This document shows, piece by piece, positions 33,765 through 41,647 of a stretch of 41,647 nucleotides of DNA (its first letter is position 1; every line of letters starts with the position of its first letter). The position numbers and the translations under genes are program-made. Source of the stretch: a virus (lineage: Duplodnaviria; Caudoviricetes); IMG/VR virus record IMGVR_UViG_3300020045_010930, positions 1 through 41,647 of that record; one strand, 5' to 3'. The notes beneath the pieces are model-generated. The model did no database searches and was not told where the DNA came from. It was given only the letters and a program-made list of their open reading frames with translations.

Positions 33765-36572
33765 ATGAAAAAACTAATATTATTTTTACTATTGCCGTTG
33801 TGGATGCTGGGACAAACTAGCACGGGGCAGGAACAAGAATTCGATTACGGAATCAAAAATAATTCCACGCAAATAATTACAACACCGCCATTTCTAGGTA
33901 CATTCGGAACAGACGGGACACAGGGAAAAATCCCCGCTGCATACATAGCAACTACACAAGCGATGAATGATAGTTTAGCTAAAAAACTAAACATATCCGA
34001 CCTACCAGCCAACTTAACACTATATCCAACAACCACAGCGAGTGACGTTAGTGGATATGTTGTTTTGGTAAAAGATATTCATGACCCAAGATATAATTCT
34101 ACAGCGGTTAACGTATCCACGCCAGCAATTACAGGAACTGCTCAATTGATTTCTCAAAGAATTTCAGACGCTGGAGTTTTAACTGGTAATCCAGGTGTTT
34201 TTAACGTTACGACTTATGGAAACATTCGAAAATTAAGCGGTTCAGGTACTGCTCAATTTTACTTTGAAGTTTACCACAGAGATATCGCAGGAACCGAAAC
34301 ACTAATCTGTACTTCGAGTATCAGTTCAGAAGTCGTAAACGGAACTTATGCGGAATTTTCAGCTTCTGGAATATGGGATAACGGCGCATTTGATAGCACG
34401 GATAGAATCGTAATCAAAACCTACGCTAACCGTATCGCTGGAGGTTCAGACCCTGTTTATCAATTGCAGTTTGGAGGAAGTGAGCCTGTTCGAACGGTTT
34501 TGCCAGTTCCGTTTACAGTTTTGGCAGGGGAGTATGAAATTAAAGCAAATAAATCAGACAGCTACACAACTTCTTCAAGTATTACTTATGCGAGTACCAA
34601 GGCTTTGGTTGATGGATTAGCAACTAAAGCAGGCACTGGAACACCGTATAATTCAAATCCGTACACTGATAAAATTATAATTTACGGAAACTCAATCGAA
34701 ACAGGAGCAGGAGCAGAACCAAGAAGTGTTTACGGTTGGCAATCTATTGCTCCGCAGATTTTAGAAACAAAAGTAGATAACTATGCGATAAGTGGCACTA
34801 CATTAGTTAAATTCTTTGATGGAGATAATTCTGGAATAGACAGATTATCTATAATTACACCTACCTACACATCGGACATAAGAGCATATATATCAGGTAT
34901 TGGGGTTAACGATATGTACAATATTAATGGGACTTATAACGAAACCAATTTCAGAACTGCTTACAATACATTGATTGATCAATTGGTTACTGACGGCTAT
35001 CCTTTGTCAAAAATTTACTTATTTTTTCCTTTAACAGCTAATTCAAACACAGCTACAATGAATTCTACAGTAGCTAATATTGCTTTGCTAAAAGGCGTTA
35101 ATTTCATAGATGTAAAAAGTGCTATGGATTCGAACGGTGGATTAGCATTAGTTTCAGGAGATGGCATACACCCAAACAATTCGGGTCACAAAATAATAGC
35201 AGAAACAATATCGAATGCAGTTACAGGTACTAAATACGGTTATACGCAATTCAATCAAGATGTGTCGACTACGGGCGTAATAACTGCGGGTGTAGGTATA
35301 TCTGGAGGAAATGAAGCAAATGGACTAGAAATAAGAGGCACTAATGGATTGAGTTTAGGTAGTAAGATCTCTATGTACGCTTCAGATGTATATATAAATG
35401 GTAAGAGTCACTTTTCTGATAATCTATCGATAGGCACTAGTGCGCCCTCAATATCTCCAAAATCTATAGACTTTGGAAGCAACACTTACACCACCGAACC
35501 TATAAACATCTACAACACTTCTATAAGAGCTTATGAAGGCTCTGGAATAGGCTTTAGTTCTTCCACAGGAGTTACTATTCTTTCCGTTTTATCTGGCGGA
35601 ATAACTTTAGACAGCAATTCAACAAGCAATGAAGGTACTTTTTTGTCGAAGGGTACAATTGAATGCAACGAGTTTTTAAATATCAATAAAAGCATGGAAT
35701 TAGGAAGATCCCTTACGGGCGGTCTTTCTTCTCCTGCCTACTTATATATGGGTGACTCTTATGCTAATTCGCCTGTTAATGGTAGTAACTTGAAACTAGT
35801 ACTATATCCGTCTACAGGGCTAGGCGTGGACGGGTCAAATGGCTTGGCATTATATTCAAGCGCGGGAGGTAATAGGATAACATCTATAAGTGACCATTAC
35901 TTTTTAGCTAACGTTTTTGCAAATAACACAATTTCGGCTAATGCTTTAAAACTAACCACAACCCCAACAGCCAGTGCAGGTAGTTACTTGTTTCTGACTT
36001 ATAACGCTGCAACTGATGAAGTGGAGCAGACAAGCACAGTGCCAACACAACCTGTTGGGACAAATAACGGCACGATTGCCAATACCGCTTTTGTGCAAGC
36101 TGCTATAGTTACAGGCGCAACAACTATAATTAAACAATTAACTCCAGTAACTCATACAGGAACGACTTCTCAAACTGATTTAGTTGATATTTTAATACCT
36201 GCCAATACGTTAGCTAGTTCGGGTGTTTATAAATTATACATTTCAGCTAGTAGAAACTCTGGTACAGGATCAGGAGCGGATATCCACGCCTATATGACTG
36301 GAGATTCTTCTGGAGCAGGATTTGTAAGACAGCTACCTGTTGGCACAGCTTCTAATACTCAAGCAAAAGTTGAGAAAACTATTCAGTTCCAAGGAGGTAA
36401 CAGGATACTGCATTCTGAATCAGGCAGTTATTACAACGACATGGGTGTTTTAGCAAAAACAGTCACATCATACGACACTACTACAGATACTCATTTGTAC
36501 GTAGGTCTTCAACTAGCTAATGCTTCTGATACTTACCAAATTGATTACGTTATTTTAAAGAGAATTGACTAA
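33765..36572 (+). CDS. Tail spike/fibre-like protein with SGNH/GDSL esterase domain and signal-peptide-like N-terminus
   Basis: GNSI, AISG, GVND, DGIHPN..GH blocks; TQPVGTNNGTIANTAFVQ fibre motif. Confidence 0.75.
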   Translation: MKKLILFLLLPLWMLGQTSTGQEQEFDYGIKNNSTQIITTPPFLGTFGTDGTQGKIPAAYIATTQAMNDSLAKKLNISDLPANLTLYPTTTASDVSGYVVLVKDIHDPRYNSTAVNVSTPAITGTAQLISQRISDAGVLTGNPGVFNVTTYGNIRKLSGSGTAQFYFEVYHRDIAGTETLICTSSISSEVVNGTYAEFSASGIWDNGAFDSTDRIVIKTYANRIAGGSDPVYQLQFGGSEPVRTVLPVPFTVLAGEYEIKANKSDSYTTSSSITYASTKALVDGLATKAGTGTPYNSNPYTDKIIIYGNSIETGAGAEPRSVYGWQSIAPQILETKVDNYAISGTTLVKFFDGDNSGIDRLSIITPTYTSDIRAYISGIGVNDMYNINGTYNETNFRTAYNTLIDQLVTDGYPLSKIYLFFPLTANSNTATMNSTVANIALLKGVNFIDVKSAMDSNGGLALVSGDGIHPNNSGHKIIAETISNAVTGTKYGYTQFNQDVSTTGVITAGVGISGGNEANGLEIRGTNGLSLGSKISMYASDVYINGKSHFSDNLSIGTSAPSISPKSIDFGSNTYTTEPINIYNTSIRAYEGSGIGFSSSTGVTILSVLSGGITLDSNSTSNEGTFLSKGTIECNEFLNINKSMELGRSLTGGLSSPAYLYMGDSYANSPVNGSNLKLVLYPSTGLGVDGSNGLALYSSAGGNRITSISDHYFLANVFANNTISANALKLTTTPTASAGSYLFLTYNAATDEVEQTSTVPTQPVGTNNGTIANTAFVQAAIVTGATTIIKQLTPVTHTGTTSQTDLVDILIPANTLASSGVYKLYISASRNSGTGSGADIHAYMTGDSSGAGFVRQLPVGTASNTQAKVEKTIQFQGGNRILHSESGSYYNDMGVLAKTVTSYDTTTDTHLYVGLQLANASDTYQIDYVILKRID

Positions 36573-36826
36573 TGAAAATTATAATCATACTTCTTTTCTG
36601 CTTTTCAATCCAAGCACAGGAAAGCATAGTAGCAAGCGGGACTGATACATACACAATAGGCGAAATGTTTCCAATAATGCAACAGGATATGAAACAAAAA
36701 GAAGTTTCTCTTTCAGTACCGAAATATGAAATCCCTATCGAACCGCCAAAGCCGATAGTTGAGAAGAAGAAAAGTCTTTGGCAGAAAATAATTGAAGCGT
36801 TTAAAAAAGTGTTTAAAATCGTTTAA
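36572..36826 (+). CDS. Small signal-peptide protein, homolog of 311-556
   Basis: MKIIIILLFCFSIQA|QES; shared C-terminal block. Confidence 0.7.
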   Translation: MKIIIILLFCFSIQAQESIVASGTDTYTIGEMFPIMQQDMKQKEVSLSVPKYEIPIEPPKPIVEKKKSLWQKIIEAFKKVFKIV

Positions 36827-36855
36827 AAAGTATTTAAATTTAAAACTATATTAAT

Positions 36856-37077
36856 ATGAAAACAAGATGGATTACGTGGCTTATTACCATAGGCGCAGGA
36901 ATTGATCAGATTTACGGTGTAATTGCCGAAAACGCTGGTCTTTTAGTAGAAATTGGAGTATCTCCAAAAGTAACAAAAATTATTTTAGTTGTAGGTATAA
37001 TTTGGAATGCTTTTTCAAAAAGCTTAACTCCAAAAGAGATTCAAAGCATTGGATTGCCGAAACCGCCAAAGCCTTAA
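36856..37077 (+). CDS. Putative holin
   Basis: Two hydrophobic segments; position equivalent to 553-819. Confidence 0.5.
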   Translation: MKTRWITWLITIGAGIDQIYGVIAENAGLLVEIGVSPKVTKIILVVGIIWNAFSKSLTPKEIQSIGLPKPPKP

Positions 37078-37081
37078 TTAA

Positions 37082-37417
37082 ATGAGAAAAATACACAAAA
37101 TAATGCTTATAATGCCAGTTATTATAGTTTGGTATTGGTTGTTTTGTGTATTATTTTTTGTTAAAACTGTATTTTATGCAAATAATTTTGAAGTACTTGA
37201 TACAATAGACACTTTTTTAGTTGGATTGTGCGGTACTCACTTTATATTTTTTTATTTCATTTATAATAGAATTTCAAAAATATATCTATCCTGCATTTAT
37301 TCTATTGTAATATTAAATTTTTTGTATATTTACCTTACAAATGAAATTTATTATTTCTTTTACTACTCAATAATCATAACCTACATATTATTACCACTTT
37401 GGAAGAAGAAAAATTAA
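37082..37417 (+). CDS. Multi-pass membrane protein of the lysis cassette
   Basis: About four TM, 111 aa like 822-1157. Confidence 0.55.
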   Translation: MRKIHKIMLIMPVIIVWYWLFCVLFFVKTVFYANNFEVLDTIDTFLVGLCGTHFIFFYFIYNRISKIYLSCIYSIVILNFLYIYLTNEIYYFFYYSIIITYILLPLWKKKN

Positions 37418-37704
37418 AAGAGGATTTCAGAATGCAAAAGATGGAAGAACATCTTAAGCGTATGAAAGATTCTGTAGAAGCAACTAATGAGTCTATAAGT
37501 AAAATATCTAATGCCCTAGTAGGGAATGAATATACAGGAGGTATCGGAATGGTTCATACTTTGCAAAAATTAAAAACAGAAGTTGAAAAAAATCAAGATG
37601 AAATTGCTATATTAAAAGACAATATGGGACTTATAAAATGGTTTGCCTCTGGACTAGGCGGTTTGGTAATTGCAATAATAATTTATTTACTTGGTAAAAT
37701 ATGA
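37399..37704 (+). CDS. Coiled-coil protein with C-terminal TM
   Basis: Helical, ends WFASGLGGLVIAIIIYLLGKI. Confidence 0.6.
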   Translation: MEEEKLKEDFRMQKMEEHLKRMKDSVEATNESISKISNALVGNEYTGGIGMVHTLQKLKTEVEKNQDEIAILKDNMGLIKWFASGLGGLVIAIIIYLLGKI

Positions 37705-38243
37705 ATCTTCAAAAAAAATACAAGTCACTTTTTGAAAAATACGGACTTACCACAAAGTTACGAATTGCACATTTTATGGCGCAAATTGAACACGAAAGCG
37801 GATTGAAGCCAATCAGTGAGAATCTTAATTATAGTGCGGTTAGGTTGTTAAAAGTATTTCCTAAATATTTCAAGAATAGCAAAGAGGCAAGTGTTTTTTC
37901 AAATAATCCTATTATGATAGCCAATAGAGTTTACGCTAATCGTGGAGGTAACGGAAATGAAGCGAGTGGGGATGGTTGGAGATATAGAGGAAGAGGTTTT
38001 TTACAAATAACACTAAAAGAAAACTATTTTAGACTTGCCAACGATACCGATTTAGATTGTTTAAAAAATCCTGATTTGTTACTTGAAGAAGCAAACGCTA
38101 TGATTTCTGCTTTATGGTTTTGGAATTTAAAAGGACTTAATAAATTGGCAGATAAAAACGATATTATTGGAATTACCAGGAAAATAAACGGTGGTTTGAA
38201 TGGAATTGATCATAGAAAAGAATTGCTAAAAAAGTACCTATGA
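37701..38243 (+). CDS. Endolysin, glycoside hydrolase family 19
   Basis: AHFMAQI.HES, ENLNYS, GDGWRYRGRG.LQIT, T.KINGG.NG. Confidence 0.9.
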   Translation: MNLQKKYKSLFEKYGLTTKLRIAHFMAQIEHESGLKPISENLNYSAVRLLKVFPKYFKNSKEASVFSNNPIMIANRVYANRGGNGNEASGDGWRYRGRGFLQITLKENYFRLANDTDLDCLKNPDLLLEEANAMISALWFWNLKGLNKLADKNDIIGITRKINGGLNGIDHRKELLKKYL

Positions 38244-38314
38244 CCCGCCAAACCATCATTGAATCAATAATTTGGATTGTCGCAATTTCTGCGATTTTGT
38301 ACCTATATTTATAA
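38240..38314 (+). CDS. 24-aa hydrophobic peptide
   Basis: MTRQTIIESIIWIVAISAILYLYL*, ATGA overlap with the endolysin stop. Confidence 0.35.
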   Translation: MTRQTIIESIIWIVAISAILYLYL

Positions 38315-38364
38315 AGTGCCCCACCGCATTCGCTACAGTGCTGCACTATAAAAAACTTAAAACA

Positions 38365-38817
38365 ATGAAAACTTTCATAAAAGAAAATTGGCAATTCCTG
38401 ATAAGTGTATCATTGGCTTTTATCGTATGCCTTTTGCTTTGCGGTTGCGGAGGAACTCGATCCACTAGCAAAGAATATCACGAAATAACTTCGAAGAACA
38501 CATTCAATGATAGCTCATTCATTTTAACTCAAAATGTTCGCTTAAACGATATAGGCGAACTTGTTCCAATCGATAACACGAAGCCGTTTTTTGTTGATGG
38601 AAAAGAATACTTTAATGTTTCTATTAAATTCGATAAATCTAAATTCGAAGATTTAAAATTAGAACAGAAAAATATAGGCACAGTTACTAGTTCATCTGAA
38701 ATTAAAAGCGATCAAACCACAGACCGTACAGATAATACGATGCTATGGCTTGGGATGTTTTTGATATTCGTTGTAGCTGTTTTTGCTTGGTTTTATTTGC
38801 CAAGATTGAAAATATAA
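38365..38817 (+). CDS. Lipoprotein with C-terminal TM, candidate unimolecular spanin (copy 2)
   Basis: Near-identical to 2015-2467 except the C-terminal TM. Confidence 0.65.
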   Translation: MKTFIKENWQFLISVSLAFIVCLLLCGCGGTRSTSKEYHEITSKNTFNDSSFILTQNVRLNDIGELVPIDNTKPFFVDGKEYFNVSIKFDKSKFEDLKLEQKNIGTVTSSSEIKSDQTTDRTDNTMLWLGMFLIFVVAVFAWFYLPRLKI

Positions 38818-38823
38818 TCTAAT

Positions 38824-39018
38824 TTATTCAGTTTCAAGGAATTTAATAACTTTTGTTTTTCCTGTTAATTTAGAGTGTTCTAATTCTAATTGTGCCGACT
38901 TCAACATAGCATTCGATGTAGCTACAAGTGTTTTTCCTTGCCCCACCTCTATAGTGCCGTCTTTTACTCCCACAAACACTTTTACCAGTTCGTCTCTTAA
39001 TTCTTTTGCGTTTTTCAT
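38824..39018 (-). CDS. Hypothetical protein
   Basis: ORF track. Confidence 0.65.
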   Translation of the reverse strand: MKNAKELRDELVKVFVGVKDGTIEVGQGKTLVATSNAMLKSAQLELEHSKLTGKTKVIKFLETE

Positions 39019-39512
39019 TTTGTTAATTTTTTTAGTGATATTAAATATTTATTTACTTCTATTAAATAAGGATATTTTGCAACATCACTTACTTTTAAAT
39101 TTGATTTGGTTTTAATTAGATTGCTTCTTATGTATTGTAAGATATTACGAGTTGTTAATCCTAATTCTAATTGCTGATTGTACTCGCATTCTTTACATTG
39201 GTAATTTAATTTGTCTGGAAAAACAGAAAAGCTATTGAATTCTATTTTTTGCTTTTTATTGTTGCACAAAATACACGTTTTTAAATCGGTTTTACCCTCC
39301 CTAATATGTCTACGTTTTCTTTCTTTTTCTCGTTGTTCAGGTTTTCTGCAATACTCATTATGATAACCTGACTCCTTATTTTTTTGTCTTTGTCTTTTTT
39401 GCATAGAACGACCACTTTCAGATTCACAATACAATTTCTTTTTTAAACGTATTTCTTCTTTTTTACGTTCTCGATACTTTTTATCGTATTCTGCTTTTTG
39501 TTGCTTATCCAT
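39015..39512 (-). CDS. Basic protein with CxxC...CxxC zinc ribbon
   Basis: KTCILC...F........QCKEC; no HNH motif seen. Confidence 0.6.
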   Translation of the reverse strand: MDKQQKAEYDKKYRERKKEEIRLKKKLYCESESGRSMQKRQRQKNKESGYHNEYCRKPEQREKERKRRHIREGKTDLKTCILCNNKKQKIEFNSFSVFPDKLNYQCKECEYNQQLELGLTTRNILQYIRSNLIKTKSNLKVSDVAKYPYLIEVNKYLISLKKLTK

Positions 39513-39524
39513 ACTTTAAAAAGA

Positions 39525-39710
39525 TTATTTCAACAAGCCGTCCTGCACTTCCAACAATTCCCGAAGTTCAATATTTTCTTTTGAAATTGCGTTGTGTTCG
39601 TTGTTTAATCGATCGATTGTTTTTTGCTTTTCATCTATAATGTAAATCAAACAATACATAAAAGCGCACAGTACTAATGTTGTAAAAATGAGTATTGTTT
39701 CCATAGTCAA
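39525..39710 (-). CDS. Single-TM coiled-coil protein
   Basis: N-terminal hydrophobic stretch. Confidence 0.55.
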   Translation of the reverse strand: MTMETILIFTTLVLCAFMYCLIYIIDEKQKTIDRLNNEHNAISKENIELRELLEVQDGLLK

Positions 39711-39871
39711 TTAGTTTTTACAATTACAGGATTCACGACTTCAATATCATTCACATCTTGCATTGCAACTATATGAAATGCACTGATCATTCTATTATTG
39801 TCGTGTAAAAATTTGTTATTAATCGATTTCATCCAAAGATAAAATCTTTCTACGTTTGATTGTTTTTTCAT
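39707..39871 (-). CDS. Hypothetical protein, homolog of 4710-4874
   Basis: MKKQSNVERFYLWMK. Confidence 0.7.
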   Translation of the reverse strand: MKKQSNVERFYLWMKSINNKFLHDNNRMISAFHIVAMQDVNDIEVVNPVIVKTN

Positions 39872-40062
39872 GATTTTTCTTCTAAAAGTTTGACAATAAA
39901 ATAACCAACAATACATATATGAGCCGCAATGTAGAATGCGTTTTCACAAACTTGAATAGCATCAAGTAACGCCTCTTCTGCCGTGTATTTTATTTTGCTA
40001 CTTATTTGAAGTCTCAATTGTTGTTCGAAATATTCTTTAAGTTCTTGAACTACTGTTTTCAT
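39868..40062 (-). CDS. Hypothetical protein
   Basis: ORF track. Confidence 0.55.
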   Translation of the reverse strand: MKTVVQELKEYFEQQLRLQISSKIKYTAEEALLDAIQVCENAFYIAAHICIVGYFIVKLLEEKS

Positions 40063-40244
40063 AACGTTTCTTTATAGATTTCTAAAAGCTCTATTGTAGT
40101 TTTGCCTCCAAGCTCTCTTCTTCCGTTATTTCTACACCAATCTATAAACCCAATAGCGAAGTTTTCTGCTACTTCTACATATTCCTTGATGTATTCCGAA
40201 TTTGTGAACGGAAACTTTTCTTTTATTTGTTCTTCTAATTTCAT
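40059..40244 (-). CDS. Hypothetical protein, homolog of 5268-5465
   Basis: Shared motifs with copy 1. Confidence 0.7.
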   Translation of the reverse strand: MKLEEQIKEKFPFTNSEYIKEYVEVAENFAIGFIDWCRNNGRRELGGKTTIELLEIYKETL

Positions 40245-40257
40245 TTCCCTTGGTTTT

Positions 40258-40440
40258 TTAGTCGTTTTTCTCTTTCAACTTGGTTAATACTAATTTTTGG
40301 TGCTTTTCTGGACAATCCCAAAAGCCACCGAACCAATGGTTATAAATACTTCTTGCGCCTGTTCCTGTTTCTTTGCTGATTTCCTCACAAAAAGCTTTTT
40401 TGTCTTTTAACTTTTTGTACAATATTTTTATTTCTTCCAT
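40258..40440 (-). CDS. Putative HTH regulator (replaces 5462-5650)
   Basis: KKAFCEEISKETGTGARSIYNHWF; first gene after the leftward promoter. Confidence 0.55.
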   Translation of the reverse strand: MEEIKILYKKLKDKKAFCEEISKETGTGARSIYNHWFGGFWDCPEKHQKLVLTKLKEKND

Positions 40441-40462
40441 TTTTATAGTTTTAAATTCGATA

Positions 40463-40569
40463 CAAACATACAACATATTGTTTAATATTTAACCACCACC
40501 ACCACAATTTATACCCGTTCTAAATTGCTGTGGTGGTGGTTATTTATCCAAAAAACATCATTATCTTTG
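40463..40569. promoter_or_regulatory. Divergent promoters with central 22-bp inverted repeat
   Basis: TATGTTTG (minus, 40463-40470), TATCTTTG (plus, 40562-40569); arms 40490-40511 / 40521-40542 match 20/22. Confidence 0.75.
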
Positions 40570-40593
40570 TCGAAACAAAAAAAAATAGAAATT

Positions 40594-40830
40594 ATGGATA
40601 CCCAATACTACCACAACCCAGACGCTCCTTGGAATCAAATCGAAGTTGAAGCCGAAATTGAAACAGGTTATAAAAACTTAACCGAAGCTTACGAAAGTGA
40701 TTTCGAACAAGTTTTTAAAGAAAAACAAAGCGAGTGCCTAGATATGGCACAAGAAATTTACTATGTTCTAAAATCACTTGACAGTGGTTTGGTCGGTAAA
40801 ATGCAAAAATTAATAGATAACTTAAAATAG
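40594..40830 (+). CDS. Hypothetical acidic protein, homolog of 6291-6533
   Basis: Start MDTQYYHNPDA. Confidence 0.75.
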   Translation: MDTQYYHNPDAPWNQIEVEAEIETGYKNLTEAYESDFEQVFKEKQSECLDMAQEIYYVLKSLDSGLVGKMQKLIDNLK

Positions 40831-40837
40831 AGTAATT

Positions 40838-41452
40838 ATGAGCGAAAATCTAAAACTTTGGAATGCAGTTGAAAAAACAAATCCAAAGTACACTAAACAA
40901 GCAAATGTTGGAGGCAATAAAATAACCTCTATTGCTCCACAATATCAGATAATGAATGTTACCGAACAATTCGGAAGTTATGGTAAAACTTGGGGGTTTA
41001 GAAATATTGAATTGGATTATACGTTAGTAACAGAATTCAATTTGATTGTTTTTAAAGCTACTTTCTTTTATCCAGGTGGAGAGTTTCCAACAATCAATTC
41101 AATAAAGATGTTTATGGATAATGCCAAACTTAAAATAGATGATAATTTCGCAAAGAAATTAGAAACTGATACTTTGACAAAGGCAATATCAAAACTTGGC
41201 TTTAATGCCGATATTTTTATGGGTAAATTTGACGATGTGAAATATCTTGCCGAAGTCACGAAGGAATTTGCATCTAATGAACCAAAAGAGGTTCCAACAA
41301 TGAACAACGCTCAACACAAGAAACTAATTGACACTGCAACCGCTGAAAGATTGGAAGAGGTTTTAAATGCAATTGAAGAGGGAAAACTAGATGCAAATCC
41401 AGGACAAGTATTGACTTTAGAAGAAAAATTAATTGAATTAAAAACCGTGTAA
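40838..41452 (+). CDS. Rad52/Sak-like ssDNA-annealing protein
   Basis: TEQFG.YG..WG, AKK..TD.LTKA.S.LGF.ADIF.G. Confidence 0.7.
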   Translation: MSENLKLWNAVEKTNPKYTKQANVGGNKITSIAPQYQIMNVTEQFGSYGKTWGFRNIELDYTLVTEFNLIVFKATFFYPGGEFPTINSIKMFMDNAKLKIDDNFAKKLETDTLTKAISKLGFNADIFMGKFDDVKYLAEVTKEFASNEPKEVPTMNNAQHKKLIDTATAERLEEVLNAIEEGKLDANPGQVLTLEEKLIELKTV

Positions 41453-41454
41453 TT

Positions 41455-41647
41455 ATGGGAGCAACAAGAGAAAAAAGAGAAGAAATCCTTTGGGATGAAC
41501 ACCAAGAACAATCTGAAATAATTCCTTTGGAATTTACAGAAGAAATCAAGCCTGAAACATTCGGGATTGAAGTTTCAAAAGCAACCGAAATGGTATCGGG
41601 CTTATCGACTACATTAGCCGAAAGAGAAGTTTTGAAAAACGCATACA
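41455..41647 (+). CDS. Hypothetical protein (partial)
   Basis: MGATREKREE..., open to the window end. Confidence 0.5.
   Translation, partial: MGATREKREEILWDEHQEQSEIIPLEFTEEIKPETFGIEVSKATEMVSGLSTTLAEREVLKNAY

Noticed and set aside
38272-38364. Longer start for the second spanin-like gene
   Set aside because: Homology with copy 1 begins at the ATG at 38365, which restores the lipoprotein leader
39015-39512. HNH homing endonuclease
   Set aside because: Zinc-ribbon Cys pairs present but no HNH catalytic motif visible
1-41647. Diversity-generating retroelement behind the duplicated blocks
   Set aside because: No reverse transcriptase; differences are not adenine-restricted; blocks are syntenic genome-length repeats

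Overview
AT-rich tailed dsDNA phage DNA, most likely a siphovirus-type phage of Flavobacteriaceae/Bacteroidota (TAnnTTTG promoters, SD-less AT-rich starts, Gln after signal peptides). The window spans about 1.15 genome lengths: tail-fibre end and lysis cassette (1-2467), leftward accessory genes (2536-5650), divergent promoters, recombination and early genes (5801-11470), primase-helicase, candidate origin and SF2 helicase (11619-15773), terminase, tail, head and portal genes (16530-31677), a moron (31795-33648), an SGNH tail spike, then a second, diverged copy of the lysis/leftward/early region (36572-41647) offset by about 34.3-36.4 kb. I see no integrase, methyltransferase, tRNA or CRISPR. 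Strongest signals: (1) an integron-like array of attC-like hairpin elements separating single-gene cassettes (2491-4409); (2) 19 GGCC sites confined to the primase-helicase gene, with none found elsewhere in the window; (3) a 19-bp palindrome centred exactly between the divergent promoters in both copies; (4) module swaps of endolysin, regulator/operator and annealing protein between the copies; (5) a Sec-type signal peptide on the tail spike. All counts and alignments were done by eye, and family calls rest on motif recognition, not database searches.
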